Of a stretch of DNA of 64,000 bases, positions 63,993-64,000 are shown piece by piece. The DNA is from an uncultured Pseudomonadota bacterium (GTDB lineage Bacteria; Oederibacteriota; Muellerivitia; Muellerivitales; Muellerivitaceae), in NCBI GenBank assembly GCA_963843375.1, contig CAWJKT010000008.1, positions 192,001-256,000 on the forward strand, read 5' to 3'. A program made the translations under genes and the position numbers. Within the stretch, counting starts at the first letter, position 1; every line of letters starts with the position of its first letter. Below the pieces are notes generated by a model that worked only from the letters and a program-made list of their open reading frames with translations, had not been told where the DNA came from and ran no database searches.

Positions 63993-64000
63993 ATGAATTA
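63993..64000 (+). CDS. Start of a divergent gene running off the window
   Basis: GAGGA RBS then ATG at 63993 downstream of the promoter; only 8 nt visible. Confidence 0.35.

Noticed and set aside
48660..64000. Metal region as a transposon or integrative element
   Set aside because: No integrase, transposase, tRNA target or terminal repeats visible in the window.

Overview
Bacterial chromosomal window from a probable diderm (autotransporter, TolC proteins, porin). It is gene-dense and mostly minus-strand. From left to right: a Gly-rich autotransporter cut by the left edge; a tandem pair of Deg/HtrA-type PDZ proteases, one catalytically dead; polA; parAB; an envelope glycosylation cluster (GT2, B12-binding radical SAM, flippase-like protein); nnr and acpS; a complete F1Fo atp operon headed by two DUF151 nucleases and a DUF3343 gene; AMMECR1/MEMO/DUF1802; transporters; the thiL, DJ-1, tsaE, tsaB, rimI cluster; argJ; ada; mazEF; and a ~15 kb metal-handling region at 48.9-64 kb. 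That region has two CzcCBA-like tripartite pumps, a His-rich Ni/Co permease-like protein, an OprB/MnoP-like porin, an atypical P-II protein and a CsoR/RcnR/FrmR-type operator. Many conserved genes (polA, atpD, thiL, tsaE, both RND genes, one TolC) are broken by single-base frameshifts, most likely long-read consensus errors. The best candidate for an undescribed system is the operon HTH, HTH-DUF1232(YkvA), TolC, MFP, divergent RND and Tyr-less P-II. Also notable are the active/dead protease pair and an alkaliphile-type Lys/Gly pair in ATP synthase subunit a. No rRNA, tRNA, CRISPR array, transposase or integrase was seen. All family calls come from motif recognition by eye, not database searches.
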